NCBI GenBank assembly: GCA_964016885.1
Contig: OZ024742.1
Span: 33,604,001 to 33,668,000, forward strand
Direction of reading: 5' to 3'
Origin: Eledone cirrhosa
Taxonomy: Eukaryota
Length of the DNA stretch: 64,000 bases
A program made the position numbers and the translations under genes. Shown here in pieces: positions 1 through 13,362 of the stretch (positions are counted from its first letter, which is position 1; every line of letters begins with the position of its first letter). The notes below the pieces were generated by a model. That model made no database searches. It was not told the origin of the DNA and worked only from the letters and a program-made list of their open reading frames with translations.

Positions 1-24
1 AGAGGGAGAGAGAGAGAGAGAGAG

Positions 25-1487
25 ATTTATCTAGTCCTTCGCTCAAGATTAATCTATAAGTTTAGATGTTTGCCTTCGTTTAAGTAAATATTACAGTAAG
101 ATTTTTAATATAAACAACTACAAAAAACAATTAATATTAAAACGAAAAAATTATCAATGATAAAAGAAGCGGATGCAACTTTTTTTTTTATAAAGTTATA
201 TTCCTGTTTCTTTAAAGAACATTTCATTTTTGTTCTATTGTAGGCGAAATAATGCAATGGTTTAATAGGGAAGATATAACTTACCAATTATGTCTCTAAC
301 CGTGTAACGCTTTTTAAGTAGATAACTACAATTGAAAATACTAAAGAAATGGAACCAACAATTCAATTTGAAAGTCGTCTAGTGACAGTGTATTACTGGT
401 ACTTTATTTTATCGACCCCGTAACGATGAAAGGCAAAAATGCAAATGCTTAAAATTTAAATTGCCTTAATTCTATCGTCTGCTGTTTCATTAAAGGGAGA
501 TTATCGTCTGTATTTAATTCTATCGTCTACTGTTCCACTAAACAGATATACCTCCACTATCGTCTCTATTTATACATTTTAACTTATAACTTATACACAT
601 TTGATTTGAAATATTTTATCTAGTCCCCCCTCTCAATATTATGATGATTTCTTTCGAATGAAACAGTTCTAGTCCTGTAGAAGCCATTTATATATATAAT
701 TGAACTGAGTTAAAAATTCACAATATTTATAATTAAATAAGCTCATATATATATGTGTGTATTTATCTGTTTATTGTATTATATATAATGTGTGTATATA
801 CAGGATGTCCCCCAAAAATATATACACACTTCAACAGCATTCTAATAACTATTGCCTGTACAGGTAATCAAAGTGTCAATCGAATGTTAGTTTCGTGTTT
901 TAACAGTACAAATTTACAATACACACATAAAACCAGTGTATATACATACATGAGTGTGTATACACATACATGAATGTGTATATACAATATATATGTATAT
1001 ATATATAGACACATATATTCACGGTGCAACGGTACATTAAAATATAGATGCGGGAGAGGGGGGGTGTATATATAGGGGCGCTGGGGATAAAGGAGTGTAA
1101 AGCGTGTGTAATTGATATATTGAAGGAGAGGAGCGTGCAGCGATAGAGTAACAAATATATAGAGAGGGGGAGAGATGGTATTGAAGGGGAGGAGTGCAAA
1201 GCGAAAGAGTAAGAGATATATATAGAGACGGAACAGATAGAGAGAAACAGGCGTAAGTAACAGTGGAAGAGATATAGAGAGAGGTACTCTGATTGGTTGA
1301 AAATTAGCCAATGACATACGATCACCACCACCACGGCTATCCCCGAAAAATGTTTAAAGAAGCTAGGCATATATGTTAGAACACGAAAAGTGAACATTCT
1401 GTTGTTTCACACTTTTCGTGTTCTAACAGATTAGAACACGAAAAGTGAACATTCTGTTGTTTCACACTTTTCGTGTTCTAACAGATA
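25..1487. repeat. ~1.46-kb dispersed direct duplication, copy 1 (copy 2 at 55049-56556)
   Basis: Near-identical to 55049-56556; ORFs 755..973 and 55777..55995 translate identically. Both copies start after (GA)n and end with the hairpin GTTAGAACACGAAAAGTG...CACTTTTCGTGTTCTAAC. Confidence 0.93.
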
Positions 1488-1662
1488 AGGACGCGACGTT
1501 ATATCTATGTATCTATCTAAAAAGAAGGACTAAGAATTATAGAGAGAGATCGCTTTGCTCAAAACACTCACACGACCATAGGTATTACATGTGTAAAGTT
1601 TGAAAACAATCGGTTGGGTGGTTCTCGAATTTTAGGGAGTCAGACAGACAAACAGACAGACT
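1488..1662 (-). mobile_element. Non-autonomous Helitron/HINE-like fragment
   Basis: TGTAAAGTTTGAAAACAATCGGTTGGGTGGTTCTCGA followed by (ACAG)n; homologous to the 45930-45980 end of the Helitron-like element at 45423. Confidence 0.55.
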
Positions 1663-1759
1663 CAATCGGTTTTGCACCTAGAAAGTTCCTCTTCGAGGTA
1701 GAAGCCTGGCTATGGTCTTTTTCGTCAAGACCAGCAGTAACGTATGCATACCAGACTTC

Positions 1760-1968
1760 CCTCTCAACACCACCGATGTTATCCAAGGGAAAGGCGAATG
1801 CATCTTGGAACCAGAAACATCGTAACTTATTCCTACAGCTGAGTAAACTGGAGCCATGTGAAATAAAGTGTTTTGCACGACGACACAAAACATTGCTTGG
1901 TCTGGGAATCAAACTTAAAACCGCATGATTGTGAATCCAACGTTCTAACCAACAAGCCATGCGCCTTC
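1760..1968 (-). mobile_element. tRNA-derived SINE family B (CORE-like middle)
   Basis: Reverse strand reads TGAAGGCGCATGGCTTGTTGGTTAG... (A-box-like head) and GCTCCAGTTTACTCAGCTGTAG. Homologous to 10460-10705, 41558-41800, 4600-4790 and 5280-5435. Confidence 0.75.
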
Positions 1969-2033
1969 AGACAGGCAAGCAGGCCGAGTTAAATATGTAA
2001 TTGCACGTGTTATTGTGACATGAAAACAAAAAC

Positions 2034-2558
2034 CAGGCATGTACCATTGTCTGAACGCCTTACTTCCCTGGGCATGGATACAGTGAAGCTCCGACGTCTG
2101 GCAACTGACTTGGTAAACACCCACAAAATTATTAACCATCTTGCCAACAACAACCCTGAGTACCTTTTTGATTTCCATGTGTCTAACACTCGTGAGCATG
2201 CCAACAAAGTAAAAAAACATGACTTTCTGAAAATTTTTTTCACGCTCAGAGTTGCTAAAGCATGGAACAAACTGTCTGCATCAGTTGTTAGCTGTCGAGA
2301 CACTGCATCCTTTAAAACCTCCATGGAACAAACTACCTGCATCAGTTGTTAGCTGTCGAGACACTGCATCCTTTAAAACCTCCATGCTTCCTGAGATTCT
2401 CCAACACTACACCTAATATCCCTCCTCCATACACAATCATGACATACACTATTCACTTCCCTGACATTTGTACATTATTCTATGTACTATACATGCACCT
2501 TTGATGAGTTGTAGTGCACCTGAGCACTGTACACAATAATTTCGTTATTATTATTATT
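2034..2558 (+). mobile_element. 5'-truncated CR1/L2-group LINE 3' end with (TTA)n tail
   Basis: ORF 2020..2352 contains ERLTSLGMDT..LRRLATDLVNTHKII...FFTLRVAKAWNKL, a CR1-type C-terminus. Internal ~57-bp tandem duplication near 2263-2385. Second copy at 52875-53525. Confidence 0.8.
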
Positions 2559-2562
2559 ATAC

Positions 2563-2682
2563 AAGGGCGGTGGATTGGCAGTATCGGTAGATGGTCGGAC
2601 GCTATGCTTTGCAGCATAGTTACGTCCCTTTACAGACTGAGTTCAAATCCCGCCGCCTTGTGCCAAAAGTAGAAACAATTAT
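2563..2682 (+). mobile_element. tRNA-derived SINE family A (internally deleted copy)
   Basis: GGCGGTGGATTGGCAGTATCGGTAGA...GAGTTCAAATCCCGCC head (A/B boxes) and TGTGCCAAAAGTAGAAACAATTAT tail. Confidence 0.75.
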
Positions 2683-3689
2683 ACATGGGACATAACTCCC
2701 TCTCTTCTTCACCCACATTCATCTTGAAAGGGAAATGACTCCTGAATCATCGCGTGTTAGAAAATAGAAACTTCTAGCTGCGTTACAGCCGCTCTCGTTC
2801 TCTATTTTTTTTTCTTTTATCTTTTTTTTTTATGCTTATTCTGCCTTCCGTTTGTCTTCCTTATTTTAATTTAAAAAAAAAATTGAAATTTAAATTCTTA
2901 TATTCACTTACGTCTGTTTTATCTATCTTTTTTTGATTCTATTACAAGAGTACAAGTTACTTCCCCTAGTCTGCCATGGCATGCTAGCTCATTACGGGCG
3001 TTTATATTGATTAAATAAACAAATATAATTTTTATTGTTTATTTTTTATTCACCTTTAACTCTTGCCTTTCTTCTTTGCCTTGCGTTACTTCTCTTTCTC
3101 TCTCTCTTCTTTCACAAAAGTGTGTATGGGATTGTGTGTGTGTGTGTGTGTGTGTGTGCGTGCGCGTGTCTGCGTTCTTAAGTTAGACATATATGTGCGT
3201 GTCGGCGTTCTTCACCCCCCCCTCTCTCTCTCTCTAAAGTTAACGTAGGCAGACGATATATATATATTATTACAGCAAACCCTGACTGTCTCTTCATTTT
3301 TACCTCTGGCAAAATCAAGATTATACATACATATTGTTGGATAAATTTGTGCGCTAGTTTTTCCAATGTTATTTTTGAATTAATACAAATATTTTAACGT
3401 AGTGTTTTATAATTTTAAAAAAAAAACCCCCCAAACAAACAACAACAAAAAAAACAATAAAAACGTTCTGAAATCCCAACATTTTTTACATATGTCTAAA
3501 ATTAGCTACACTTAATACACACTCAGATAAACGGTTCATTTAAAACAAAATTACTGAGTGAATTTCCAATACATTTTAATATTTCTATTTCGGAGGGAAC
3601 GTGGTGCGTAATATCACTTGAAATGAAAAGAAAAAAAAACCAAAAGAGAAAAACTCTAGCTCCTTAAAAAAAAAAAAAAGGAATAATCT

Positions 3690-4405
3690 TTGGTGAGCTT
3701 AGTGCCTGGATGGCCACTATTTAATGGTAGAAGAGAGGACTTCTTCACTATCATGTACTAATCTGGTGCAAGGAGAAGATAAGACCAGATTATGTTGATT
3801 AGATCATTTCAGCGGAGTTGCCTGATAAAGATGGTGATCCAAAGCTCTTTAAAACCATCAAGATCAAACTCATCCACGGTCCCCGTGGAGTCATCAATTT
3901 AACTTCTCCCTGCATGAAAGATAAAAAAAATACAGTAAACATTATCCTATAGTCTTTAGCCAGGAAACTCGGACTGACAATGGATACTCCATTTATCGTA
4001 GGTGTAGACTAGAACATAGAGACAATACTGCACACCTAACAGTTCGAAGAGAGGAGCTGACCTTAAACAATCGATGGGTAGTCCCATACAACTAATTGTT
4101 GTGTAAACTTTTAAAAGTTCATACCAATGTTGAGTATTGCAGCTCTGTCAAAGCAATACTATATGTCACAAAATATATCAACAAGGGCAGTGATATGGTT
4201 ACCTTTGTTACTGACAAAAATTCAATGAAGGTGGGCTAGATGAGAGCAAACGGTATCAGGCTGGTCGATACATCTCCAGCAATGAAGCTATCTGGTGTAT
4301 CTTTGGATTTGATATCCACTAATGTCACCCAACAGTGGTCAACTTTGCAGTCCATCTGGAAAATTGACAGAAAGTGTACTTCACTGAGACCACTGCTCAT
4401 CAGTC
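3690..4405 (+). pseudogene. Degenerate Helitron Rep (HUH endonuclease) fragment
   Basis: Translates with stops and frameshifts to RGL.HYHVLIW, IISAELPDKDGDPKLF, LIHGP, GY.IYRR, NRWVVPY, NVEYCSSVKAILYVTKYINKGSD and RYISSNEAIW.IFGFDIH..HPTVV..AVHLEN. These are canonical Helitron Rep motifs 2 and 3. Confidence 0.88.
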
Positions 4406-6511
4406 GGAAATGAACTTAATTTACACTTCTCCTTTAAAATTTGTGGACTTGTGACACTGTTCGAAGTCTTTATAACAAGGCAATGATTTGGTAAACACAA
4501 CAGAGTGCGAAATATTTAGTTTGTTTCTTTACTTTTACATTCCCAGTTCAAAGCTCCCCGGGTACAATTAAATAAGTACCAGTCAAATAGTGAGGGTCGA
4601 TGCAGCCAGCTATACTTACGCCTAAGCAGATTTAGCTGGCTTACTACGAGGTTGTATCTCATAGAAGGGTTTTATCGTGAAAAGCAACGTAAGATGAAGC
4701 GCCATGCTGAAGAACACAACGTGCCATCCAGCTCAGGAATCGAACCCCCGACCATACAATCGTGAGTCCAACACACTAGCCTATGCGTTTCGCACGTAGC
4801 AAACTATAAGCGTTCGTTATATATTTGTGACTTTTTTCTTTAGTCAGAAACGGTAATATATGGCGATAGGAGTGCAAATTTTGCCTTAAGCAACATTTTT
4901 CCGATTTAACTTTTGTATTCAATGGATTCTCAGCCAGTTTTTACGTTGAATATTCGGTTGTTCCTTATTACAAGTTGATAATTACGTTAAGAGTATCTGT
5001 GGAACGTAAATTTAATGAGTAGCTCCAACCTACTTCATTCTACTGCAGTTACTTCACTTAACCTTTTAATGTCGTTGTTAAAGACATGAATGTCACACGT
5101 CTCAGTCACGAAGAGCAACATGATCTAAGAAACACATTTCAGAAGGTAATGTGATGTAAGAGGAAGCTAACGTCCGTCCCCTTCCAAAGCCTGATGTTAC
5201 AACAGACCGAAGATTATCCCGGTTTCATTTGCGCTAAACTAATGAGAAGACGCCAGTCGATCGCAGCGTTGATCTCCAGTTGTTGTTGGTACTCATTTTT
5301 TAACCGAGTTGACAGTAGCAACGTGAAATGAAATGTTTTGCTCAAGAACACAACGCACTACTCGGTCTAAAAATCGAACCCACTATATTATGATCATAAA
5401 CTCAATGTCCTAATCACTAGGCCGTGCATCTTCATATTGTTTGATGTAATCCTGGTTAAATACTCCTTCAAAGACACAGAGTTATTTCCCTTCGTTTACC
5501 AGTTCAGACAAAGAGTTAATAGAATACTCTTAACTCTCTTTATATGATCTATCATCCCATACAATGAAAAACGATTTAAGTATTTTGTTTATTATTTTCA
5601 TAAGATATAAAGCTTTTTATTTTTAAGCCTGTCATACGAAGACAGTTCGCCGAAGTACGCAGAAAAGTAATAACATTTTATTGTCATCTCCATCAGAAAG
5701 TCGTAACATTAATTTCCAAATCGACATTGGTATTATAACATGTCCTGAAAACCAAGCAGATCCATTATATTTTACCATGGCAGATGTAATTGCTTGATAG
5801 ATGAATCAATCGTTTAGGATAGTCAGATCTCCTGCGAAATGCTTCACCCTCATATAACATTACGTGGGAAATCATTTCATATGTGTACCAATGTGGTTTT
5901 AGTGAGATGCTAACTGACAGTGGGATCAGTACGTAGTGAGTATATTGTGTATTTACACTGTGTAAGTGTACGTCTGTATGCACGCGCGTTTATCATATGT
6001 AATGTGTCTGTTTAGGTATAGCTGAGAGAATGTTTTTGTGTGAATATATATTTGAATATGTGAGTGTTTATATATGAATGTTTGTATTCAAAGGTGAGTT
6101 TTTTGCGTTCATAACACTAACTTACTTTAATACTTCAAGAACGAAAATATTACACACACACACCTACACACCTATACACACACCTATACACACACATAAA
6201 CAGACAGACACATACGCACACGCACGCACGCACCCCCCCACACATATATATATACCATTTATATAATGTTGTTTACCAATGGGTAGAACTAGTGATTCCG
6301 GTTAGTAAATGATGATGTAATAAATTATAGCACTCGACGTTATGCAGATCATCCATCATAGATTTGATATTCCGTGGCTGGTGCTGGAACGGTGTCAAAC
6401 ATTCGTTAAAAAAGGAAGATGAAAGTGGGCCATTGAAATATGTATAGTGTTTTCGCGCAATTAAAATTTTAAAGAAAGGTTTCCAGTCCGGGCTTCTGTT
6501 ATTTGTTTAAC

Positions 6512-6589
<78 letters not shown>

Positions 6590-6677
6590 ATAATAATAAA
6601 TGCGAAGACTAAAATCCAAAGAGGGCTCGATAAGGATAAATATATATCAAATATATAAGAACCCTAGAGCAAATATT

Positions 6678-6800
6678 TATTAAAATAACAGGTTAAAGTT
6701 TAAGCAAAGAATCGCTGCTTTCACCCTTAACGGGATATTCTGAAAAACGTTAAGGGTGAAAGCAGCGATTCTTTGCTTAAACTTTAACCTGTTATTTTAA

Positions 6801-6802
<2 letters not shown>
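6678..6802. repeat. Fold-back palindrome (55-bp arms, 15-nt loop) between (TA)n tracts
   Basis: 6678-6732 is the reverse complement of 6748-6802. Confidence 0.9.
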
Positions 6803-6849
<47 letters not shown>

Positions 6850-6852
<3 letters not shown>

Positions 6853-7620
6853 AAGAGTGAAGAATAACATGGTCAACAGTACAAAAAGGGTTTTATTTAC
6901 TGTATTAACAATTGTTTCATTGATTAGGTATGTTTAAAGGTCGCTAATCACTCGAAGCTGTGTCACTCGACCTTAAATACAGTGTATGCCTAATCAAATC
7001 ATCGGAATAACTGACTAATTTACACACGGTGTTTGTATTTATACACCGGAGAATTCAAATAACAACATCAATAATAAAGAAAGAAAAAGAAAAAGAAAAA
7101 GAAAAAGAAAAAGAAAAAGAAAAAGAAAAAGAAAAAATAATAATAAAGAAATTAGAATGAAGATATTAAAAAAATAAGTAAAAAAATATATACGTGAAAA
7201 AATATGAACATAATTGGTGGTGGTGGTTAAAGTTATAGTGGTGAGTAAGTATAAAGATGTGATGAGGGTATAAATACTATTAATATGAAAATAAATATTA
7301 AATATATACATATGAATTGGTTAAATCACAGATGGTTAGAGTAGGAAGAAAGAATATAATAGTAAATAACAGATAAAAGATAAAATTAGAAATTAGGTTA
7401 GAGGTTAAGAGATACAGGATAGGATACAAGGGAAGAGGTGAAATAGCTTTAGGGAGGGAGAGAGAGAGTGAAGGAAAGGTTAGGAGATTTATGATGTTGA
7501 TTTAGTGATTAGTTGGTCTGTTGACAGTTAATAATAGTGGGTTGGTGTATAGTTATTATAATAGACTCCGGGTGATTCAGCTTGAATTATGGGATTGATG
7601 GATCGAATCATGTTGGTTTG
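6850..7620 (-). mobile_element. Penelope-like element 3' remnant (GIY-YIG C-terminus + 3' region)
   Basis: Minus strand near 7570-7515 encodes ESIIITIHQPTIINCQ, a GIY-YIG C-terminal E-x-I-x-P-x-N motif. It is followed by a pyrimidine-rich UTR, a hammerhead motif and a (TA)n junction. Confidence 0.55.
6903..7009 (-). ncRNA. Type I hammerhead ribozyme motif (core variant CCGAUGA, long stem II)
   Basis: Minus strand: TATT-CCGATGA-T-TTGATTAGG...CCTAATCAAT-GAAAC-AATT-GTT-AATA. Stem I TATT/AATA; palindromic AACAATTGTT. Confidence 0.65.
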
Positions 7621-7817
7621 AAATTTGCAAATTTAGTAGCTGCTTTATGCCTACAGAAAATTGATCGTTCTATTTTGCTGTTAAGCACCATTTTGTCATA
7701 CTTTAAAATATGGAACAGCTCCTCTTGTTGAGTCAAACAACGCCGTACGTTGAAACTATCCATAACACAGAGTACTCACAGCCCCTAACTGGATTACCTA
7801 TAACGATAATTTGTTAT

Positions 7818-7853
<36 letters not shown>

Positions 7854-7977
7854 CTGGGTTTTTCGAATATTAATAATAACATTCGATTCGTTTGCAATTA
7901 TGCAAACAAGCCTCTATTTTATAGCCATGTCCGGAGAATGAACACTTCATTCTTGCTCTTATGTTGGCATGCGAACA

Positions 7978-8027
7978 GAACTGCAGACACTAATGTTTCT
8001 GGGTATCACCCTTCATCAGTACAGCTC
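7978..8027 (-). ncRNA. Type I hammerhead ribozyme
   Basis: Minus strand: GAGCTGTA-CTGATGA-AGGGT GAT ACCCA-GAAAC-ATTAGT-GTC-TGCAGTTC. Intact core, 8-bp stem I, GUC cleavage site. Same element as 56611-56952. Confidence 0.85.
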
Positions 8028-8911
8028 ACTGTTCACCTGCCAAACTGTCAGAGCTAGTGAAAATATATGCTATTTTCAAAAATACACAGTGACTGATCGG
8101 CCTGATTTGCATATTATAAGACTGGCTGATCAGTCAGATCTGCATATTAGCATAGATAATGATGCATCAAATAAAATCGTAATTGACAATATACACAGAA
8201 ATTGAACGAAGACTGCGTTACACTGTCTTATGTAATCAGTAACGTAATCCACGATACATTAACAAAACACGATATTATATATAAACTGCATTAGGAGAAA
8301 ATTAGTGACGGAAATATATGACTGTTTATTTAAGCGATCGCTAACCGGAAGTATTGACATTTGAAAGTTTTAAAGAAGTGAATCTTTAAATAAACAATAA
8401 AATATATTTAATCAACAGCTACGAAATTTAGTAGATAAATTATGTAATATTCATTCATTATTTATTCAAAGTAATCCAACTTATTTTACTAATGGGATAA
8501 AAAAATTTATAAACCGTACGCAGTCCCGCACTCCTTACTTTATTATAGTTTATATTTTAAAAATAATAAAAAATTTGGAGGGTATAAATGTAAGAAACTT
8601 TCCCATTATTTAACTGGTTTTTGGAATCTAATTTAACAAAGATTCTTATATAGAATTATGATTGAAGATTTGTAGATAAATATAAACACTTGATCGCAAG
8701 AGATTATATATTTAATTTAGTTATATAAATTTCTAAAAGTATGTTGAGCCTCTTTGAGGTGTGTACCTTTGACATCTTTTTAGTGTCATTAACAGTAGCG
8801 ATTGTCTTGGATGTCAGATATATTTAATATGTAATATGTGATGATTTTTAGAATATTTCTAATATTATGGCTTATCGAATCTGGTTATATTACGTTATTA
8901 TTGATTTTAAG

Positions 8912-9080
8912 AGGGTCGGACGCCATCCTTTGCAGCAAAGAGTTACGGCGCTTTATGGTCTGAGTTCAAATCCCGCCGAGGTTAACTTTGCCTTTCATCC
9001 TTACGGGGTCGATAAAATAAAGTACCAGTAACACACTGGGTAATTGCTGGCCTTGTGCCAAAAAGTAGAAACAGTTATTA
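8912..9080 (+). mobile_element. tRNA-derived SINE family A
   Basis: GAGTTCAAATCCCGCCGAGGTTAACTTTGCCTTTCATCCTTACGGGGTCGATAAAATAAAGTACCAGT central domain. Other copies at about 391-440(-), 9960-10170(-), 15262-15450, 21520-21712, 31670-31890, 33328-33512, 35185-35465 (two), 38836-39030(-), 44360-44530, 52235-52405(-), 53715-53890(-), 62521-62708 and 63600-63730(-). Confidence 0.85.
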
Positions 9081-10459
9081 TTGATTTTAAGATGAGTATT
9101 GAAAATCTTTTTGACTCAGTCACAATGTTAATTTCATATTCGCATTCGTTCAGCTTCTATATACACAATTTTTCTTTAATCTTTGCCTGTGGTTGCCAAA
9201 CTTTTTACTACCATTTTAATTAAATGAATGTTTCCACCGAACTCCACTACAATTATTCAGCTCCTAGATTGATATACAGTGATAATAACAACAAAAACAT
9301 AGACATATTTATACTTAGAGAAGAATGAATACAAAGCAGGATGTGCATATAATGTAAGCTATTGAGTCTATACATAAACAGACTCATTAACTTCTTAATG
9401 AACACAACCACAAGGATATGGTCCGAACGTGGAAGAGCTGAAATCCCACTGTCATCGCCTCCATCCCTCTCGTCCTCCCATCTCTCCATATGGTGAGCAA
9501 ATAGGATCCATATTATATTCTTAAACAAAGTACTTGAAATTTTGAACTTAGTTCACGAAGTTCTAGATTTGAAACTTCTGTTTATTCCTTAGGATATGTA
9601 TGTCTGTATGTATGAATCTGTGACTCCTGATGGAGTTGAAGGCGCGCTATTTTGACAGCTGCGTTGATTTATGTTTGTATTTTCCCAGTCCAAAAGCAAA
9701 GTTATTATTCATTCTGACTTGTTTGACAAAACTGAGGAGGTTTTCAAAATGGCTACCACTTTTAGCATAGCATTTTAGACCATTCACAAAGAGAAGGCAT
9801 TGGATACATCTTCCACTCCTCCCTTTCTCTCGCTCTTCATATGTAGTATTACTTTTTCATTAGCTAATTCAAGCACAAAAGAGATAAGGTAAAATGAAGA
9901 CCAAATGTACTATCACATTGAACATTTCGTGAGCTTTTCGGAATGGAGTGATAAATATAATGGTTTCTTATATAGGCACAAGGCCAGCAATTTTTGGGGA
10001 GGACAAAGTCGATTAAATCGACCCCAGTGCGTGACTAGTACTTTATTTTATCGACCCCGTAAGGATGAAAGGCAAAGTTAACCTCGGCGACATTTGAACT
10101 CAGAAAGTAAAGAGCCATAACTCTATGCTGCAAAGCATGACGCCCGACTCTCTACCGATACTGCCAATCCACCAATATAATATGAGACGGATATATTAGT
10201 TCGTATTAGTTGTTGTTGATGCTGGGTCTGCCTTCGGTTTCGATGACAAGGATTCATTTGTTCGATCAACTGAACGTCTAACTCGTGAATCAACGTGTAA
10301 GTACTTGCACACTCCACCGGTACGTGTACTCTTAACACAATTCCCAATTCCAACCAGCATGATGCAATATGTGACAAAAATGGACCTTTGAATTAAAAGT
10401 ACAATCTATCCTACAGACCTTCACACAGTTTCTGTCTGCTCAATTTCATTTATGTGTGT

Positions 10460-10705
10460 GTGATAGCTGACTCCTATGCAGGTTTAGCTGGCCTCCTCCA
10501 AGGTATATCTCGTTGGAGGTGTCTTGGGTAATTTAATGATGGGGACCCTAGTCCTATCATCTCATTTCTACAGCTGAGTAAACTGGAGCAACGTGAAATA
10601 AAGTATCTTGCTCAAGGAAACAACATATCACCCGGTCCGAGAATTGAACTCACAACCTTTCGATTGCAAGCCCAATGCTCTAACCTCTAAGCCATGCGCC
10701 TTCAC
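10460..10705 (-). mobile_element. tRNA-derived SINE family B, near full length
   Basis: Reverse complement of the 41558-41800 SINE, including TCCTTGAGCAAGATACTTT (CORE-like). Confidence 0.8.
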
Positions 10706-12184
10706 ATTTCATTTAGGACTGGGTTGATCCAAGGTCATGGTAAAAACGATTGCACTTGATTCTACTCAGTGAAATAGAACACGGAACCTTATAGTTTTGA
10801 ACGGAACGACTTCATCATTCAGCCATGCTTGAGTCTCAAAGTAAGGTCAACCTAAACACAATAACGTGTCAGGATCAATTTGTCGTTTAATCCCAGGTGT
10901 GAGGTAGGCGAGGGGTGACCAGCGATTAAACAATAACAAAAACGACAAAAACTGTAAATTCAATCTAACGAGAGCGCCTCTAAGAAGTCAACAAGCCTAC
11001 TAAAAGTGGTAGCGAAATCTTCCTCAAGACACACCCTACCATCTTAAAAAAGAAGGACACAAAACAGTACAGTTCTAAATAGACAAAAAAATATGAGATA
11101 GTGACGATCGGAGTACCTTTGATCATATATATTTTCAATAAAGCTTAACCTGGGTGAAAAAGAACCCACAAAAAGCAAAAAAAAAAAAGACAAAAAAAAA
11201 CAAACAAAACAACAACAACAACAACAACAGTTGATTGAACAATTGAATGCTCAACGCCGAAATCGACGCAGAAAGTACCATTACTTCACTTTTTGTTTTA
11301 TTTCCTTCTCTATCTTGCCGAAAGCAATTGAGTTTATTGAATGACCTTTTATAGAAACTCTTTTCTATAGACTTATTGTTATCAATGTAAACCAACATAG
11401 CTTCTCCGGATTCCAGATGTATGTATCCATAACTTTCGATGGAATCGAGATGGTTTGGAGTACGTTGAACCTGGGTTTCAATACAGGAAATGAAAAAGAA
11501 ATATAGAGAAAGAATCGATCCCAGTAGTGGACTGTTACCCGGAAGGATGAAAGACAATACAACCAAGAGAATACAACCAAGCATTCAAACGAAGTTCTAA
11601 TGACTGCCAAATATAGTAACAAAAAAGATAAAAACAAAACAAAGCAAAACAATTAAAAAACGTGTGATTTGTGAGAGATTTAGCTGCTATATCTAGCAGG
11701 TCGGGAAACCACATATATTCTCATACACTGGTAAGTTGGTAATGAGTCAGTACGTTGTTTGTTCTATTTTTTCTTTTCCTTTCTTATGTCTTATGAAATA
11801 TATTTTATGACACTTCGCTCGGTTAAGTCAGCCATTACTATTAATATTCCTGTTTTTTTTTTACGGTGGAGCTATTATCTTTTATAAGAAAATATCGTCT
11901 TTTAAGTATGTGCTGTACCGTATGATATATGTTTAATATAATCTTTCATTTTCTAATATCTACTATTATTATGTTGGCTATTATTTTTGTGTATTGTTAT
12001 TACTATTTATTAGCATTATTGTTATATCTACTTCTCTTTACACGATATAGATTCCACTTTGTGTCGTTTCTTTCTTCCATGCTTTCTCCCCAACATCGTA
12101 CACCATTGTGGCCATAAAAAATCATTACCATCAATATAACCAGGAAGGTCGGGCATTTTTATCGCCTAGCAACTCCGTTTTATA

Positions 12185-12400
12185 GTTGAAAGGACTGAAA
12201 ACTGACACACTCCTCTTTGGTAAAACTAACATCAACATTTTCAAGTTCTAGTTAAAAAATTCAAAATACAAAAAAACAAAAACAAAAAAAAGTTGGAGGT
12301 GTTCTCTTTCATGGAATTCTTTAAAAAGTGGGTGACCTTGGTGAAAATGGCAAAAGTGAATGGTTCTATTATCAGCATAAGCTCGTATGTCTGAGAGGGA
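12185..12400 (+). mobile_element. Old Tx1/L1-clade LINE 3' fragment
   Basis: Encodes LKGLKTDTLL...FFKKWVTLVKMAKVNG, homologous to RLKGLRSDTFL...FYERWLKVARMARVNG at 60130-60295. Confidence 0.6.
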
Positions 12401-12827
12401 GACTAGAACATTTACCTGTGGTGGTTAGGATAATGGTTGATGTGTGGGGTTATGTGTGGGTTAATATGTTACAGTGACGTAGAGGCTATGATTATTCATA
12501 AGCTGAAAGAATTCTGTTGAAATGTTCCTCTTAAACCTCTATAAAATGTCTGCATAACAAGCCAGACATAATGATCTGAGATAGATAAGAAAATTGTGCA
12601 CGTTAGTGGAAATTAGTTGTTTAGCATATATTAATGTTAAACATAAGTGGAAAAAAAAAACGTCTGTGTCGAATTAATACGATTATATACCTGTAATTAG
12701 ATTTATACCTGCAATTATTGGGACAATTCAATATATAACTGCCTCTGTACCAATCTGGAGAGGCTGGTTTCACATAAACTAGAGAGAACAGAGCTAATTC
12801 AGAAATTACAGCTAGCAGGCATTAATG

Positions 12828-13083
12828 GCGTTCCAGATATTCAGCGTTCCAGATATTCAGCGTTCCAGATATTTAGCGTTCCAGATGTTTAGCGTTCCAG
12901 ATATTTAGCGTTCCAGATATTCAGCGTTCCAGATATTTAGCGTTCCAGATGTTTAGCGTTCCAGATGTTTAGCGTTCCAGATATTCAGCGTTCCAGATAT
13001 TTAGCGTTCCAGATATTCAGCGTTCCAGATATTTAGCGTTCCAGATGTTTAGCGTTCCAGATGTTTAGCGTTCCAGATGTTTA
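12828..13083. repeat. 16-bp minisatellite (GCGTTCCAGAT[AG]TT[CT]A) x~16
   Basis: Direct tandem units with no spacers. Confidence 0.95.
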
Positions 13084-13184
13084 ACTGGCAAGAAGTAGAT
13101 ATAGGAGTGGAGACACTTACTTAAACAAACATAATCTAAACATACAACGACAGTTGTGTTTTCACACACAAACATACATGAATA

Positions 13185-13331
13185 CGTACACAGACACACA
13201 CACAGACCGACAGACAGATAGACAGACATAGATACACACACACACATCACACAGACAGACACACACACATCACACACAGACAGGCAGACAGACACAGACA
13301 CACACACACACACACACAGACAGGCAGACAG

Positions 13332-13362
<31 letters not shown>

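Noticed and set aside
12828-13083. 16-bp repeats as a CRISPR array
   Set aside because: Contiguous tandem units with no unique spacers, no cas genes and a eukaryotic context.
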